NCBI GenBank assembly: GCA_025463285.1 | Contig: JAOBWI010000003.1 | Coordinates: 2,720 to 66,719 of the forward strand | DNA length: 64,000 nucleotides | From: Acidimicrobiaceae bacterium | Lineage (GTDB): Bacteria; Actinomycetota; Acidimicrobiia; Acidimicrobiales; RAAP-2 | Reading direction: 5' to 3' | In this document: positions 8,157 through 17,188 of the stretch, piece after piece | Position numbering within the stretch: the stretch's first letter is position 1 | How the letters are laid out: the number at the start of each line of letters is the position of its first letter | The notes under the pieces: generated by a model | Told to the model about the DNA's origin: nothing | Databases searched by the model: none | The model's input: the letters and a program-made list of their open reading frames with translations, nothing else | Program-made: the position numbers and the translations under genes

Positions 8157-10598
8157 ATGCGGATTTCCAAAACGGTAACGCGCATCATCGCAGCAACCGC
8201 GATGATCGCGGGAGCGGCGTCAGTGACCTCGAGTGGAGTGCTCACTACGGTCGCCAAAGCGTCGCCCGTTAGCTCGCTCGCGAGCCAAGCGTCGGCGTCG
8301 TGCACTCTGGGCAACGGGGTGAAGCACGTGATCGAGCTCACCTTCGACAACGTGCATTTTTTCCGCGACAATCCCAACGTCCCCTCTGACCTGGAGATGA
8401 TGCCGAACTTGCTCAACTTCATCGAGAGCAACGGAACGCTGATGTCAAATGACCACACGCCGCTCATTGCTCACACGGCGAACGACTCGCTCACCACGTA
8501 CACCGGCCTCTACGGCGATCGCCAGGGCATGGGCGTGAGCAACTCCTACCGGAGCTACAACGCCGACGGCACGACGGACCCCGCGGGCTCATTCGCCTAC
8601 TGGACCGACCCCGTCTACGACACAGCGTCGACGCCCAACCCCGGACACGACACCAACCCCTCGATGCTGTATTCGGCCACCCCGAGCGCGACGGCGTCGT
8701 CCCCGGTCACGCCGAATCAGGTCACGCCCGCTCCGTGGGTTCCCTTCACGCGCGCCGGTTGCAACGTCGGTGACGTGGCGACGGCCAACATGGTTCTCGA
8801 GAACACAGCGGTCGACCTCGCCAAAGTGTTCGGTTCGAACTCACCAGAAGTGGCCCAGCTGAACGCTGACCCCGACTCGTTTAAGGACCTCGAGACGGCC
8901 GACTACGTGGGTCTCGCCGTGCACTGCGCGCAGAAGAACGCCTTCTGCACCGGCGCCTCGGCCGTGAAGTACCAACAGACAACGCCCAGCCCCACCGCCG
9001 TCCCCGACATCCTCCCCACGGAGCCGGGCGGTTACAGCGGCTTCGACGCCCTCTTTGGCAACAGCTATATTGCCCCACAACTTGGCGCGGGTACCAAGAG
9101 TCTTTCGATCAATGGCAACGAGGTCACCAACGCCGCGGGGAACCTGGTTGACCTCAACGGCAATCAGATCAACGGCGCGTTTCTTTCGCCGGCGACTCCG
9201 GGCTTTCCCGGCTTTGGAAGCATCAACGCCGCGCAGTCCCTCGCCTACGTCGCCGACATGCAAGAGGCCGGCGTGCCTGTTACCTACGGCTACATCTCGG
9301 ACATTCACGGCAATGAGCACATCCCCGGCCTGAGCTCCTGCACCGGCGCGCCGGCGGCTCTGGGGAGTGGCAGTCCTTGCTACGTGGCCCAGGCCCAGTA
9401 CTACAACCAGGCCTTCGGCGAGTTCTTCCAGCGCCTCGCGGCGGACGGGATCACCCCCGCCAACACCGAGTTCATCTTCTCTTCCGACGAAGGTGATCAC
9501 CAGGCGGGAGCCAACGTCGGTCGCGCGATTCAGCCGACGCCCGCCAACTGCAACGGGGCAACTGTGAGTGGCACGATCGTCACCCCGGCCGTCCCCTGCA
9601 CGTACCCCGCTGGTTCCTTCGGTGAGCTCGCCATCAATATCAACGGACTCCTCGCCGCCGAGACCAGCGACACCACCCCGTTCTCCATCGAGGCTGACAC
9701 CGCGCCCCAGTTCTACGTCACCGGCAATCCCGGAGCGGACGCGGCCCCGGTGCGTTCGCTCGAGCACGACGTGGCGTCCCTGACGGCGAGTAATCCCTAC
9801 TCGGGAAACAGTGCCGAGAAAATCGCCAACTATCTCGCCGATCCCACCGAGGAAGCGATCCTTCACATCACCGACGCTGACCCCGCGCGAACGCCCTCGT
9901 TCTCGTTGTTCGCCAAGCCCGACTACTTCGTCCAGAACGGATCCTCGACGTGCGTCAACACAACCGGACCGTCGAGTAAAGATTGCGTGGATCAAAACAC
10001 GGGGTTCGCGTGGGACCACGGTGACTACGCGGCCGAAATCGACACGAACTACGTCGGATTCGTCGGTCCGGGGGTGGCGAATCTCGGCGTCGACGGTCCC
10101 GCGGCTGGCGCGGGACCTAATTCGGCGGGCCCCAACAGTGGTCAGAGGACGGTTCCCGGCAGCGGCACCACGGGAACGTGGACGGACGAAACGGATATCC
10201 AGCCGACGCTCATGTACCTCACGGGACTAAGCGACGACTACATGCCCGACGGACGGGTCGTCACCGAGCTGTTGAGCAAGGTGCACGGCGATTTCCACTC
10301 GCCTCAGGTCGCGTCACTGGCGGCTTGTTACAAGCAACTCAACTCGAGCGTCGGGGAGTTCGGCACCGCCACCCTAGCGGCCGACACGGCGGCCGTCGAA
10401 AGTTCGAGTACCGCGGACAGCACGTACCTGGGCGTCGTGGCGAAGCTTCGCCAGCTCGAGGTGCAGCGCGATCAACTGGCCACTCAGATCAAAGGTGACC
10501 TCTACGCCGACGAGTTCGAGGGCGTCGGCATCCAAGACCCCCACGGCTTGGCCCAGTCCTGTCAGTCGCTGATCGACCAGGCACGAGCGCTCGCTTGA
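8157..10598 (+). CDS. secreted protein, N-terminal alkaline-phosphatase/phosphoesterase-like domain (family call tentative)
   Basis: The ORF runs 8139-10598. I prefer the ATG at 8157, which follows GGGAGGG. It has a signal peptide (RIIAATAMIAGAASV...AKA). VKHVIELTFDNVHFF and MPNLLNFIESNGTLMSNDHT resemble the phosphoesterase/AcpA-PLC N-terminus. The C-terminus is coiled-coil-like. Confidence 0.65.
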   Translation: MRISKTVTRIIAATAMIAGAASVTSSGVLTTVAKASPVSSLASQASASCTLGNGVKHVIELTFDNVHFFRDNPNVPSDLEMMPNLLNFIESNGTLMSNDHTPLIAHTANDSLTTYTGLYGDRQGMGVSNSYRSYNADGTTDPAGSFAYWTDPVYDTASTPNPGHDTNPSMLYSATPSATASSPVTPNQVTPAPWVPFTRAGCNVGDVATANMVLENTAVDLAKVFGSNSPEVAQLNADPDSFKDLETADYVGLAVHCAQKNAFCTGASAVKYQQTTPSPTAVPDILPTEPGGYSGFDALFGNSYIAPQLGAGTKSLSINGNEVTNAAGNLVDLNGNQINGAFLSPATPGFPGFGSINAAQSLAYVADMQEAGVPVTYGYISDIHGNEHIPGLSSCTGAPAALGSGSPCYVAQAQYYNQAFGEFFQRLAADGITPANTEFIFSSDEGDHQAGANVGRAIQPTPANCNGATVSGTIVTPAVPCTYPAGSFGELAININGLLAAETSDTTPFSIEADTAPQFYVTGNPGADAAPVRSLEHDVASLTASNPYSGNSAEKIANYLADPTEEAILHITDADPARTPSFSLFAKPDYFVQNGSSTCVNTTGPSSKDCVDQNTGFAWDHGDYAAEIDTNYVGFVGPGVANLGVDGPAAGAGPNSAGPNSGQRTVPGSGTTGTWTDETDIQPTLMYLTGLSDDYMPDGRVVTELLSKVHGDFHSPQVASLAACYKQLNSSVGEFGTATLAADTAAVESSSTADSTYLGVVAKLRQLEVQRDQLATQIKGDLYADEFEGVGIQDPHGLAQSCQSLIDQARALA

Positions 10599-10604
10599 CT
10601 CGCA

Positions 10605-10644
10605 CTCGCCCCATCCCTACTGCGCGTCCCGGGGATGGGGCGAG
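10605..10644 (+). terminator. perfect 13-bp stem hairpin downstream of the secreted-protein gene
   Basis: CTCGCCCCATCCC (10605-10617) pairs with GGGATGGGGCGAG (10632-10644) across a 14-nt loop, starting 7 nt after the stop codon. There is no U-tract. Confidence 0.5.
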
Positions 10645-10840
10645 TCCGAACAGGCGAAACGCTTCGGGCGTGAGGCAAGCTAAGACACCGCGACGGAGTG
10701 GCAGAGCGAGGTATTGCTGAGGAGACGTTTCTTCGTGCACCGATGGGTTGAGTCCGAAAACTCCACCGATTCAAACGGCGGTTTCAATCGGTGGTAAATT
10801 TGGGGGTCGGTCTCTCTCAGTTGTCGAGGAGAAGTAAATC

Positions 10841-11851
10841 ATGGCTCGTGCCACGTGGTCGGGTTTTCTCAGCTTCGGGCTGGTCAGCGTTCCGGTCGGT
10901 CTCTACACCGCTACGTCGGACCAGACCATTCACTTCAACCAGCTCCACAAGGGCACTTCGAACCGGATCCGCTACAAGAAGGTGGACGAAGAGACGGGCG
11001 AGGAACTCTCGAGCGACGACATCGTCAATGGCTATCCGCTGGGCGGCGGCGAGTACATCGTGGTCACCCGCGAAGAGATGGCCGGGGCTGCTCCAGGAAA
11101 GTCCGAGTTGATCGAGATCCAGGACTTCGTCGACCTCGAAGAGATCGATCCCATTTTCTTTCGCCAGTCGTACTACTTAGCCCCCAAGGGAAAGGGAGCC
11201 GACCGCGCCTACGCGCTGCTCTTAGAGGCGATGCGCGAAACGAAGAAGGTCGGCATCGCCACGCTGGTCCTGCGCGATAAGGAGCACCTCGTTGCCGTGC
11301 GACCGGCCGAGAAGGTCCTCATGCTCGAGACCATGTACTTCGAAGACGAGATACGTAATCCCGAAGAAGAGCTCGACACCTTGCCCCCCCTCGGACACGC
11401 CAACGAGCGCGAGCTGTCCATCGCCAAGAAACTCATCGACTCGCTCACCGACGAGTGGAGTCCCCATCGCTACAAGAACACGTATCGACAACGGGTCGAA
11501 GAGCTCATCGAAGAAAAGCGGGCCGGTCACGCGGTGGTGCACGGGGCCGAGGATCGTCCGAAGTCCAACGTCATTGACTTGATGTCGGCGCTCCAGGCCT
11601 CCATTGATCGTACGACCGCGAAACGGCCCACACGTTCGGCGGCCCGGTCCACGGCCACCAAGGGAACCAGCCTGAAGGTCTCGGAGCACCGCGAGAAAAA
11701 AGGAACCGACGCCATGACCAAGGCTGACCTCTTGGAGCGTGCGGCTCAGCTCAAACTCGACGTCAGCGCCAAGATGACCAAGGACGAGCTCGTTCGCGCC
11801 GTGAACAACGCCAAGGCGCCCGCGAAGAAATCTGCCCGTCGAGGTTCATGA
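10841..11851 (+). CDS. ku: Ku protein (non-homologous end joining) with extended basic C-terminal tail
   Basis: The N-terminus MARATWSGFLSFGLVSVPVGLYTAT is the bacterial Ku signature. 336 aa, versus about 260 aa for the core. A 4-nt ATGA overlap joins it to ligD. Confidence 0.95.
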   Translation: MARATWSGFLSFGLVSVPVGLYTATSDQTIHFNQLHKGTSNRIRYKKVDEETGEELSSDDIVNGYPLGGGEYIVVTREEMAGAAPGKSELIEIQDFVDLEEIDPIFFRQSYYLAPKGKGADRAYALLLEAMRETKKVGIATLVLRDKEHLVAVRPAEKVLMLETMYFEDEIRNPEEELDTLPPLGHANERELSIAKKLIDSLTDEWSPHRYKNTYRQRVEELIEEKRAGHAVVHGAEDRPKSNVIDLMSALQASIDRTTAKRPTRSAARSTATKGTSLKVSEHREKKGTDAMTKADLLERAAQLKLDVSAKMTKDELVRAVNNAKAPAKKSARRGS

Positions 11852-13323
11852 CTCGCGCCCCGAGTCCTCGGGCGACACGCTCGCCCTCCGCGTCACCAAA
11901 GTTGCAGGCCTACAAAGCAAAACGCGACCCTGCGAAAACCCCCGAACCCATGGGCGGATCTACGGCCAAAGAGGGAGCTCTTCCATCTTTCGTCATCCAA
12001 GAGCACCACGCTCGTGCCTTGCACTGGGACTTTCGTCTAGAGCACGACGGCGTTCTCGTCTCCTGGGCCCTGCCCAAGGGCCTCCCCATGGACCCCAGCA
12101 CCAATCACCTGGCCGTACACGTAGAGGACCATCCTCTCGAGTACGGCACATTCGAAGGAGACATTCCCAAGGGAGAGTACGGCGCGGGGAGCGTCTCCAT
12201 CTGGGATCAAGGAACCTACGACACCGAAAAATGGCGTAGTGGCGAGATCATCGTCGTGCTGCACGGACAGCGCGCCCAAGGACGATACGTCCTCTTTCAA
12301 ACCGATGACAGTAAGTGGATGATTCACCGCATGGACCCGGCGCCGAAAAACTTTGAGGCCATGCCGGACACGATCAAGCCAATGCTGGCCGAGGCGGGCG
12401 CGCTACCGGCGAGTGAGCGTGGTTGGGCGTACGAGTTCAAGTGGGACGGGGTACGGGCCATGGTGTACGTGGACGGCGGACGAGTGCGGGCCCTGACCCG
12501 CAACGAGTTAAGTCTCACCACGACGTTCCCCGAACTTCGCGATATTGGCCTTCACCTGGGGTCGCGTAGCGCGATCCTCGATGGGGAGATCGTAGCCCTG
12601 GACAAAGACGGCCGCCCCAACTTCGGGACCTTGTCGAAACGACTGCACGTCACCTCTAAGACGGTCATCGAGCAGTTGACTCGCTCCACGCCGGCTAGCT
12701 TCTTCGCCTTCGATCTGCTCTACCTCGAAGGTCGCTCCCTCTTGCGCCTACCCTACGACGAGCGCCGCCGCCTTCTCGAATCGCTCACACTCAATGGCGA
12801 AACCTTCGCCACTCCCCCGTCCATCACCAACACGGCCGGTTCGAAGGTGTTACGAATCGCCCAAGAGCGCGGACTGGAGGGTGTCGTCATTAAACGACGC
12901 AACGCTCCGTACTCGCCCGGACAGCGCAACGGCGACTGGATCAAAGTAAAGAACTTCCGCACTCAAGAGGTGGTGATCGGAGGGTGGACGGAAGGCAACG
13001 GCGAGCGCGAAGGTAGCCTCGGCGCGCTCTTGCTGGGTGTCCAGGCCGACGACGGGCTCGTCTACGTCGGGAAGGTAGGAACGGGCTTTTCGGCCGCAAC
13101 CCGCAAAGAACTCCTCGCCCTCCTGGCACCGCTGGCGCGAAAGACATCCCCCTTTGCGACGCCGCTCACCCGAGCCGAAACGACGCTGGCCCACTTCGTG
13201 CGTCCTCAGATCGTCGGTGAGGTTCGCTTCGCCGAGTGGACCCACGACAACCACTTGCGCCAACCTTCCTGGAGGGGTCTGCGAACCGATAAGAGCGCGA
13301 AGGAGGTGGTGCGTGAGCCCTGA
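11848..13323 (+). CDS. ligD: ATP-dependent DNA ligase LigD, phosphoesterase (PE) plus ligase domains only
   Basis: PE motif FVIQEHHARALHWDFRLE and ligase adenylation motif YEFKWDGVR (KxDG). 491 aa with no polymerase domain. Confidence 0.9.
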   Translation: MTRAPSPRATRSPSASPKLQAYKAKRDPAKTPEPMGGSTAKEGALPSFVIQEHHARALHWDFRLEHDGVLVSWALPKGLPMDPSTNHLAVHVEDHPLEYGTFEGDIPKGEYGAGSVSIWDQGTYDTEKWRSGEIIVVLHGQRAQGRYVLFQTDDSKWMIHRMDPAPKNFEAMPDTIKPMLAEAGALPASERGWAYEFKWDGVRAMVYVDGGRVRALTRNELSLTTTFPELRDIGLHLGSRSAILDGEIVALDKDGRPNFGTLSKRLHVTSKTVIEQLTRSTPASFFAFDLLYLEGRSLLRLPYDERRRLLESLTLNGETFATPPSITNTAGSKVLRIAQERGLEGVVIKRRNAPYSPGQRNGDWIKVKNFRTQEVVIGGWTEGNGEREGSLGALLLGVQADDGLVYVGKVGTGFSAATRKELLALLAPLARKTSPFATPLTRAETTLAHFVRPQIVGEVRFAEWTHDNHLRQPSWRGLRTDKSAKEVVREP

Positions 13324-14230
13324 ACGAGTTCTCACCGACGTCGATGGCCGGGAGTTGTCACTTTCTAACCTCGACAAGGTCCTCTATCCCGCGGTGGGCT
13401 TTACCAAAGGTCAAGTGCTCGATTACTACGCGCGCATCGCCGACGTCATGGTGCCCCACCTGCGCCAGCGGCCGACCACTCTTCGCCGCTACCCTCACGG
13501 CGTCGAGGGAATGTCGTTTTTCGAAAAGCACGCCCCCAACAAACTCCCTTCGTGGATCTCCACCATCGAGGTTCCTTCTAAGAGTGGCGAGCACGAGCCC
13601 ATCGAGTACATCGACGTGAAGGATCGCCCGACTTTACTGTGGGCGGCCAACCTCGCCGCTCTCGAACTCCACGTGCCGCTGTGGCACGTGGCCAAAGGCA
13701 AAACTCTTCCGACGCCCCCGGACTTCATGGTGTTCGACCTCGATCCCGGCCCGGGCACCACGATCGTCGAGTGTTGCCGCGTGGCTCAGTGGCTGGGTGA
13801 GTTTCTAGACCGCGAGACGCTGTACGCCAAGACCAGCGGATCCAAAGGCCTTCAGCTCTATTCCTCGGTGAGTCGAACCGACTGGGAGCGCCAGAGTGAG
13901 AAAGCGCACGAGATCGCTCAGGCGATGGAACGTGAGCACGCGAGCGACGTCGTGTCGACCATGCGAAAAACGCTTCGCAACGACAGAGTGCTCATCGACT
14001 GGAGCCAGAACAACTCTTCCAAAACCACGGTCGCGGCCTACTCACTGCGGGCACGTCCCGAGCCCACCGTGTCGACACCCGTCACGTGGCAAGAGATTGA
14101 TAAGTGCGCGAAGGGCGGCGACCCCGCACCGCTGGTCTTCGAGGCGGGCGAGGTTCTTCGTCGCGTTGATAAGTTCGGCGACTTGTTCGCGCCCCTAGTG
14201 CGACCGAAGCCCCGGTCCGCCAAGGGTTGA
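13313..14230 (+). CDS. LigD polymerase/primase (PolDom) domain protein, encoded as a separate gene
   Basis: The GTG at 13313 follows AGGAGG (13301-13306) and overlaps the ligase stop by 11 nt. Motifs: LSNLDKVLYP, FDLDPGPG, SGSKGLQLY. Confidence 0.9.
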   Translation: MSPERVLTDVDGRELSLSNLDKVLYPAVGFTKGQVLDYYARIADVMVPHLRQRPTTLRRYPHGVEGMSFFEKHAPNKLPSWISTIEVPSKSGEHEPIEYIDVKDRPTLLWAANLAALELHVPLWHVAKGKTLPTPPDFMVFDLDPGPGTTIVECCRVAQWLGEFLDRETLYAKTSGSKGLQLYSSVSRTDWERQSEKAHEIAQAMEREHASDVVSTMRKTLRNDRVLIDWSQNNSSKTTVAAYSLRARPEPTVSTPVTWQEIDKCAKGGDPAPLVFEAGEVLRRVDKFGDLFAPLVRPKPRSAKG

Positions 14231-14255
14231 CGGCCATAGTTGATAATTTCCATCG

Positions 14256-14271
14256 TATTTGTTATATTTGT
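14256..14271. repeat. short direct repeat TATTTGT-TA-TATTTGT inside an AT-rich patch
   Basis: Read directly from the sequence. It lies in the 243-bp gap between the PolDom gene and the LLM gene and is far more AT-rich than its surroundings. Confidence 0.4.
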
Positions 14272-14473
14272 CTCTGAAGGCCGTCTTGCTCGGGACATCG
14301 GAGAGAAGTGTCCCCCCCACCGACCCCTTAGTCCGCGGGCAAGGCGGCCCGTCAATCGCGCACCATCGTCAGCTCGCTGACACCTTCATCAATTCGTGGT
14401 CAACTACAAACGAATCAGCGCGTCTCGATACGAACGCTTTGGTGGCTCTCGGGCCACGGATGGAGAGGCCTCT

Positions 14474-15409
14474 ATGGAACTTCGAATATTCTGCGAACCT
14501 CAACAAGGCGCGTCGTACGACCAGTTGCTCGCCCTGGCGCTCGTCGCCGACGAGAGCGGGTTTGGTGCGTTCTTTCGCTCTGATCACTATCTCAAAATGG
14601 GTTCGGTCAACGGTCTTCCTGGTCCGAGTGACGCCTGGGTAACGCTGGCCGGACTCGCTCGCGACACGACGCGAATTCGTCTCGGGACGCTGCTCTCCGC
14701 GGCGACGTTTCGTCTTCCAGGACCACTTGCGATCAGCGTGGCGGAAGTTGACGCCATGAGCGGGGGTCGGGTTGAACTCGGACTCGGCGCGGGCTGGTTC
14801 GAAGAGGAGCACTCGGCCTACGGCATCCCCTTTCCTTCCGTGGGCGAACGCTTTGAGAAGTTAGAAGAGCAGTTCGCCATCATCACGGGCCTCTGGGACA
14901 CCGAGGTGGGCTCGACATTCAACTTTTCCGGACAGCACTACCAACTCACGAACAGCCCGGCCCTGCCCAAACCGGTTCAGTCACCACGACCGCCGTTGAT
15001 CGTCGGGGGTCACGGCCCTACGCGGACCCCTCGTCTCGCCGCGCGTTTCGCCGATGAGTTCAACGTTCCCTTCGCCCCGTACGGCGCGTCCAGTTCACAG
15101 TTTTCACTGGTCGATCAGGCCTGCGCCGCGATCGGTCGTGACCCCGCCTCGCTCCGTCACTCGGTGGCCCTCGTTGTGTGCTGTGGCCACAATGAGGCCG
15201 AAGTAGCGCGTCGCGCGGCCAACATTGGGCGCGAGGTTGGAGAACTCGCCGAGAACGGTCTCGCCGGAACTCCCGCGCAACTGGTGGAAAAGATCGCCAC
15301 CTACCGTCTGATGGGCGTGTCGCGCATCTACCTCCAGGTGCTCGACATTGGCGACCTCGACCACGTGGCCCTCATCGCCGACCAGGTTCTGCGCGACGTG
15401 GCCGACTAA
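14474..15409 (+). CDS. LLM-class (luciferase-like) F420-dependent oxidoreductase
   Basis: ATG at 14474 follows GGAGAGG. MELRIFCEPQQGASYDQLL...FRSDH is the typical LLM/F420 TIM-barrel N-terminus. Confidence 0.85.
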   Translation: MELRIFCEPQQGASYDQLLALALVADESGFGAFFRSDHYLKMGSVNGLPGPSDAWVTLAGLARDTTRIRLGTLLSAATFRLPGPLAISVAEVDAMSGGRVELGLGAGWFEEEHSAYGIPFPSVGERFEKLEEQFAIITGLWDTEVGSTFNFSGQHYQLTNSPALPKPVQSPRPPLIVGGHGPTRTPRLAARFADEFNVPFAPYGASSSQFSLVDQACAAIGRDPASLRHSVALVVCCGHNEAEVARRAANIGREVGELAENGLAGTPAQLVEKIATYRLMGVSRIYLQVLDIGDLDHVALIADQVLRDVAD

Positions 15410-15438
15410 GACGACGTAGACGTCTTAGGTTGACGAGT

Positions 15439-16179
15439 TCACACCTTTTCAAGGACGGCGACATAGGGTTCGCTGAGACTGTCTCCCACGACCTCGCCCA
15501 CCCGCCACCCGGTACCGCGAATTACTGTTCGCAACTCGGCGCGAGACACGAAGAGCCAGTCGAACCACGAGCCCACCTCTCCGCCGTAGTGATATCGAAA
15601 TCGAGCGTGTCCCGGGAGCAGCCCCCGCTCCACGTTGCGTCGGTAGTACTGGCGATCCATTGAGGGCGCTCCACCGAAGTAGGCGTTGGTACTCTCTACG
15701 AGAATGCGGGCCGACGGTTGGGTGTGCTTGGCCCACGCCGCGAGGCGACGCTGGGCGCCCTGTGGAGTTCCAAAAAGTCCGAAGTTATTGCCCAACATGA
15801 CGAGGGTGTCGAAGGACTCCAGCGCTGAGCCCAGTCGCTCCAGGGGACGACACCAGACGTCGCTCACACCTCGATTGATGGCCGCTTGACACGCGAGCGG
15901 CGACGCGTCCAGACCGACGACGTCGAAGCCTCGTTTCTGGAGGTGCAGCGCCACGCGGCCGGCCCCGCAACCCACGTCGAGCACGCGGCCCTCTACCAGT
16001 CCCATCGCCTGGCGTTCCGCTAGCGGCCACCCTCTAACACCCGAGAGATAGACCTCGGGCCCCGCGCCGACGTCAAAGAGCCCGTCGTCGCGCTCGACGA
16101 CTTCGGGCGTAACACCACCGTTCGACCAATCGAGGAGAGCGCGACCAAAGACGTCCGCGCCGCGAAGCGTCCGACTCAC
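15439..16179 (-). CDS. class I SAM-dependent methyltransferase
   Basis: Motif I VLDVGCGAGRVAL. The GTG start overlaps the upstream stop as GTGA at 16176-16179. Confidence 0.8.
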   Translation of the reverse strand: MSRTLRGADVFGRALLDWSNGGVTPEVVERDDGLFDVGAGPEVYLSGVRGWPLAERQAMGLVEGRVLDVGCGAGRVALHLQKRGFDVVGLDASPLACQAAINRGVSDVWCRPLERLGSALESFDTLVMLGNNFGLFGTPQGAQRRLAAWAKHTQPSARILVESTNAYFGGAPSMDRQYYRRNVERGLLPGHARFRYHYGGEVGSWFDWLFVSRAELRTVIRGTGWRVGEVVGDSLSEPYVAVLEKV

Positions 16180-17030
16180 TCGTCTCCACCCGGTTCGGGA
16201 AGCGAACGATACAGGTCCGGTCGCTGGAGGGCCAGGACCGCGATCTGTGAGCGACGTCGATCGACCTCGCGCGTATCAATCGTGGCAATCAGCACGTCCT
16301 CGCCGTCGACGTCGGATTCGGCGAGCACTTCTCCCCAGGGTCCGATGATCATGGAGTGTCCGAAGGAGGCGATGCCCTCCGCCGTAGTTCCCGCTTGGGC
16401 CGCGGCGATGACGTAGGCGTGATTCTCGATGGCCCGAGCCCGCAGCAGCACCTCCCAGTGAACGCGGCCGGTGGCCACCGCGAACGACGACGGCACGGCC
16501 AATACGGCGGCCCCGTGAGAGGCCAAGCGTCGATACATCTCGGTAAAGCGCAGGTCGAAGCAGACGGAGAGACCCAAGGCGAAGCCCGGCGCGTCGGTGA
16601 TGACGAGGCGATCGCCGGGTGCGATATTGCGCGACTCGTGCTGCTCCACCTCACCCGGGACGTTGATATCAAACAAGTGTCCTTTTCGATACGTAGCCAC
16701 GATCTCGCCACTCGGCGCAATGACCACACTCGTGTTGTAGCTTCTCGAAGGATCGGGAGAACGCTCCAGCATGCTGCCCACGTGAAGTGTGATGTTGTTG
16801 CTGGCGGCGACTTCAGCCAATCGCGCCGTCGTCGGACCGGGAATGCTCTCTGCGACTTCTAGGTAGCGCGAGGTCGGTCCGCGATAGTTGAAGTACTCCG
16901 GCAACTGCACGTAGGTGGCCCCGGAGGCGACGGCCGACAAGGTGCCCTCAATGGCGTGCCGAATGTTCGCTTCCGTATCCGAACTTGACGCCAATTGAAC
17001 CGCGGCCACCCGCACCGTGCTACTCGCCAT
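16176..17030 (-). CDS. carbon-nitrogen hydrolase (nitrilase superfamily) protein
   Basis: Contexts for the Glu-Lys-Cys triad are all present: LPEYF, YRKGHLF, LSVCFDLRF. Confidence 0.85.
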   Translation of the reverse strand: MASSTVRVAAVQLASSSDTEANIRHAIEGTLSAVASGATYVQLPEYFNYRGPTSRYLEVAESIPGPTTARLAEVAASNNITLHVGSMLERSPDPSRSYNTSVVIAPSGEIVATYRKGHLFDINVPGEVEQHESRNIAPGDRLVITDAPGFALGLSVCFDLRFTEMYRRLASHGAAVLAVPSSFAVATGRVHWEVLLRARAIENHAYVIAAAQAGTTAEGIASFGHSMIIGPWGEVLAESDVDGEDVLIATIDTREVDRRRSQIAVLALQRPDLYRSLPEPGGDE

Positions 17031-17188
17031 GAACTCTCCCTACGACCATGATCCCAGACTTCTCGAGCCAACGTCACCGGCCCGATGTAGCAGCCCTTCA
17101 GCGCGGACCCGGCGTCGGAGAATGCGTTACGCGATTCGCAACGACCATGAAGAGCCACAAACCCGGGACCTAAATACAGGACGAAGGA

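Noticed and set aside
8841-10019. 392-aa minus-strand ORF antisense to the secreted-protein gene
   Set aside because: Arg/Gly/Val-rich with no motifs. It lies fully inside a far better-supported plus-strand CDS, and long shadow ORFs like this are typical of GC-rich DNA.
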